From Candidatus Aenigmatarchaeota archaeon (GTDB lineage: Archaea; Aenigmatarchaeota; Aenigmatarchaeia; CG10238-14; SpSt-28), in assembly GCA_038997165.1 (NCBI GenBank), contig JAWBAK010000001.1, positions 338,337 to 402,336 of the forward strand: DNA of 64,000 bases. Reading direction: 5' to 3'. This document shows positions 61,008 through 64,000 of this stretch, one piece after another. The notes under the pieces are model-generated. The model had not been told where the DNA came from. It was given only the letters and a program-made list of their open reading frames with translations, and searched no databases. Positions within the stretch are counted from its first letter, which is position 1, and each line of letters opens with the position of its first letter. The position numbers and the translations under genes were made by a program.

Positions 61008-61300
61008 GTGAAATTTGTCAAATTTGTGGTTTACCAAAGGATTTATGTATTTGCGAGAGGAAAATAGAGGAAAAAATTATTATTAGAACAGAAAAAAGGA
61101 GTTATGGAAAAGTTGTTACTTTAATTAATGGTATTCAAAGAGATAATAAAGAATTAAAAGAAATAGCAAGTAAGCTAAAAAGTAAGTTGGGTTGTGGGGG
61201 AACTATAAAAAATGGAATTATAGAATTACAAGGCGATCATAGGAGAAGAATTAAAGAGCTACTTATTGAATTAGGATTTAAAAATATTGAAATTTATTAA
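61004..61300 (+). CDS. Translation initiation factor aIF1 (SUI1)
   Basis: CGLPKDLC, LGCGGT, ELQGDH. Confidence 0.95.
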   Translation: MSEICQICGLPKDLCICERKIEEKIIIRTEKRSYGKVVTLINGIQRDNKELKEIASKLKSKLGCGGTIKNGIIELQGDHRRRIKELLIELGFKNIEIY

Positions 61301-62418
61301 CTAATGGCTTCAAAACAAATATTTTTTGATTTTGCATATTCATATGCTTTTTTAATTTCTTCATAATTTAGTTTTCTGGCAATTTCATCAAATTTTTCTG
61401 GAAATTTTAAAACTAAATATTCTGGATGATATTGATCCATAATGTTTACTAAAACATTTGGTATATTTTTTGAAATCCAATCCAAAACTTTATAGGTGCA
61501 ACATTCTAAATGATTTGGTAAGACTAAATGTCTAACAATTATATTTTCTCCAAAATCGTAAATTATCTTATGATTTCTTGAGACAATTTCAAAGTAATTC
61601 TTTATTTTACTATATTTATATGCACATTTATTATTTCCATATTTAAAATCTGGTAACCAAATATCAATAACATCTAATAATAACTCTAGACTTTCTTTTG
61701 TCATATACATATTCGAATTCCAAAGCAACGCAATGTTTTCATTAAAATATTTTAAGCTTTCTAAGATTGTATGTAAATTTTGATCAGGATTACCACCTAC
61801 AAAATTTATATTTATTGCTCCTTTATCATATAATTCTTTTTCTATTTCTGCAAGTTGTAAAGAATTTATTTCAAATCCATTTTTTGGATTTTGACTTATG
61901 TCCCAATTTTGACAATATACACATTTAAAACTACAGCCAGTAAAGAAAATTGTACCAGATGGAATTAGTGGAGCTTCTTCTCCATAATGTAAAAAAGCAG
62001 ATGCAACTCTAGCAATATTATCTAATCCACATTTTCCTTTTTTTCCTTCTAATCTTTTTGCTAAGCATAAATTTTCGCAAAATTTACAAGGAGATAGCAT
62101 TTTATAAGCTAATTCTATTTTAACATCCAAAAAATTGTTTTTATTATTATTATTTTTATCTATTTCCTTAATTTCGATATTTTTACCATTTTTTATTTTT
62201 TCAAATTTATCTAAAAATTCATTTCTTAATTCAGAATGAATTTTCCAAAGTTCTTTCTCTTCCAATTCTTTTAAATTTAAATTTTCTTTTAATTTTATGC
62301 TCTTTACAATTAAATATTTTGCTTTAACTTCATTTTTTAAAACTTTATAATACCAATTAAGTCTTTCTTTAACTTCTTTATTTTTCCAAATGTTTATTGC
62401 ATCTAATCTAAAAATCAT
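61297..62418 (-). CDS. PflX-like radical SAM protein
   Basis: HYGEEAPLIPSGTIFFTGCSFKCVYCQN, VRHLVLP; start trimmed to ATG 62418. Confidence 0.85.
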   Translation of the reverse strand: MIFRLDAINIWKNKEVKERLNWYYKVLKNEVKAKYLIVKSIKLKENLNLKELEEKELWKIHSELRNEFLDKFEKIKNGKNIEIKEIDKNNNNKNNFLDVKIELAYKMLSPCKFCENLCLAKRLEGKKGKCGLDNIARVASAFLHYGEEAPLIPSGTIFFTGCSFKCVYCQNWDISQNPKNGFEINSLQLAEIEKELYDKGAININFVGGNPDQNLHTILESLKYFNENIALLWNSNMYMTKESLELLLDVIDIWLPDFKYGNNKCAYKYSKIKNYFEIVSRNHKIIYDFGENIIVRHLVLPNHLECCTYKVLDWISKNIPNVLVNIMDQYHPEYLVLKFPEKFDEIARKLNYEEIKKAYEYAKSKNICFEAIS

Positions 62419-62434
62419 AAAATTTAATATTTTT

Positions 62435-63565
62435 ATGAAATTTAGAGAAATTCCAAAAGAATTGATTAAAAATGTATATAAATGGAAAATTCTAATAGAA
62501 AATAAAAAAGATTTTGTTGGAAGTTCTCCTCCAAGCATTTTTATTTCTTCAGTTAATTATCCAAATGTTAATTTGGGTGTTTTGTCTTTACCTATAATAG
62601 ATGAAAGAAGTTATTATTTAGATTTTCCAGAATTATGGTATAAAGATAAATTAAGTTTTGAAAAGATAATTGAATTAAGAGCAAGTTTAATATATTCTTT
62701 TAAAAATGTTAATATAAAAAAACAATTTAGTTTATCAGAAAAAATTCAAGAATTGGCATTAGCAAAAAATGTTGTAGATTTGGAAGTTAATTTAAAAAAT
62801 TATCCTAAATTTAAATTTTTGTTTAATAAATATTTTGCTCCTATTGGAAATCCTGCAAAAATAGAAAATTTAAAAATTCAAAGCAATATAAAAATTGAAA
62901 ATTTTGTTGAAAAAATTGTTAATGATGAAATTAAAGCTTCTGAGGCAACATTTTTATTATATAAAAAAGGATTGGAAATATCTAGAATTCAAAAAATTTT
63001 TTCTGCTGGATTATTGGGTATCGAAAAGAAATTTGTTCCAACTAGATGGAGCATTACAGCTATAGATAGTATTATTAGCGAGAAATTAATCAAAAAAATT
63101 AGAGATTATAAAATCTTAGATAAATTTCAAATTTTTTATAATGAATATTTAGGAAACAAATTTTGGATTGTTCTATTACCATATGTTTTTGGTTTTGAAA
63201 TGATAGAGTTTATTGGAAATAAATTTTATCAAGATTATGAAATATTTTTTGAGAGAAAAAAATATGCAGAAAGTGTTGCAGGTGGTTACTATGCAGCTCG
63301 ATTAGCATGTTGCGAATATTTAGAAAGAATAAAAAGGCAAGCTGCTATAATTGTTTTTAGAAAAATAGAAGAGTTTTATACAATTCCTTTAGGTGTATGG
63401 AAAGTTAGAGAATGTATAAGAGATGCTCTTAACAAAAAACCTATTGAGTTAAATTCTTTAGAAGAATTGTTAAAATATTTAAGCAATACAAATTTAAATA
63501 TAGAGTTAAGTAAGATTTTAAGAATTTATACTAAACAAAAAAGAGTAATTTATTTTAATATTTAA
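62435..63565 (+). CDS. nreA: Nre family DNA repair protein with C-terminal PIP-like motif
   Basis: GSSPPSIF, VPTRWSITA, GGYYAARL, GVWKVRE; C-terminal QKRVIYF. Confidence 0.88.
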   Translation: MKFREIPKELIKNVYKWKILIENKKDFVGSSPPSIFISSVNYPNVNLGVLSLPIIDERSYYLDFPELWYKDKLSFEKIIELRASLIYSFKNVNIKKQFSLSEKIQELALAKNVVDLEVNLKNYPKFKFLFNKYFAPIGNPAKIENLKIQSNIKIENFVEKIVNDEIKASEATFLLYKKGLEISRIQKIFSAGLLGIEKKFVPTRWSITAIDSIISEKLIKKIRDYKILDKFQIFYNEYLGNKFWIVLLPYVFGFEMIEFIGNKFYQDYEIFFERKKYAESVAGGYYAARLACCEYLERIKRQAAIIVFRKIEEFYTIPLGVWKVRECIRDALNKKPIELNSLEELLKYLSNTNLNIELSKILRIYTKQKRVIYFNI

Positions 63566-63665
63566 AAATATTTTAAAGGCAAATTACAAAACAATTAAAT
63601 GCATACCATTATGGAAATGGTTGCTAGAAATTTAAAAGTTATTTTTTTCTGAAATTTTAATAAAC

Positions 63666-63710
63666 TTCCCTATATATAGGGAAATATTTATTTAAATCTT
63701 TCCCTATATA
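63666..63710. promoter_or_regulatory. Palindromic operator-like site plus a second half-site
   Basis: Perfect palindrome TTCCCTATATATAGGGAA (63666-63683); TTCCCTATATA repeated at 63700-63710. Confidence 0.6.
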
Positions 63711-63713
63711 TTT

Positions 63714-64000
63714 ATGGTAGGGGACTTAAAAAGATATTTTCTAAACAAAAAGGAAGAAATAAAAAATTTGAAAGTTGAAAAAAGGTTAATACCTCATTCT
63801 TTTTCTATAGAGTTTATTTCTTGTATAATAGGTCCTAGAAGAGCTGGAAAAACTTATTTTTTATATGACTTAATTCTCAATAAATTACATTTGAAGGATT
63901 CCGATTATCTTTTTGTGAATTTTGAGGATTATGAAATCAAAGGAAGAAATAGAAAAGAAATTTTTAATATCATTCATTATCACAACGAAATATATGGAAA
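63714..64000 (+). CDS. AAA_14 family ATP-binding protein (3' truncated)
   Basis: MVGDLKRYF...GPRRAGKT...FVNFED; open to window end. Confidence 0.8.
   Translation, partial: MVGDLKRYFLNKKEEIKNLKVEKRLIPHSFSIEFISCIIGPRRAGKTYFLYDLILNKLHLKDSDYLFVNFEDYEIKGRNRKEIFNIIHYHNEIYG

Overview
Very AT-rich, gene-dense archaeal chromosome segment. The archaeal ribosomal proteins, aTrm56, Dph2, class I CCA enzyme, fragmented r-protein operons, near-absent intergenic space and very GC-rich structural RNAs suggest a thermophilic DPANN archaeon (inference). Most genes are housekeeping: translation, tRNA maturation, glycolysis, a glycosyltransferase cluster and surface proteins. Read by hand, the non-coding part holds 10 tRNA genes (5 with 37/38 introns), an SRP RNA and two stand-alone box C/D sRNAs. 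The main finding is that four of the five tRNA introns appear to encode 2'-O-methylation guides. The short Trp(CCA, 26 nt) and Leu(UAA, 41 nt) introns carry a self-complementary guide followed by D'/C'-like boxes, and the +5 rule points at their own wobble base 34. The two Ser introns (65 and 56 nt) carry full C-D'-C'-D architectures; both guides of the Ser(CGA) intron are complementary to adjacent, conserved 23S peptidyl-transferase sequence recalled from other organisms. Other points: the SRP RNA has an Alu domain but no helix 6; there is an unannotated 42-aa poly-Glu microprotein; two genes are broken at homopolymer tracts; a PIN-like gene overlaps an RNA ligase-like gene; and a CBS+HPF-like protein is a candidate hibernation factor. 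All protein calls come from motif recognition, not database searches.
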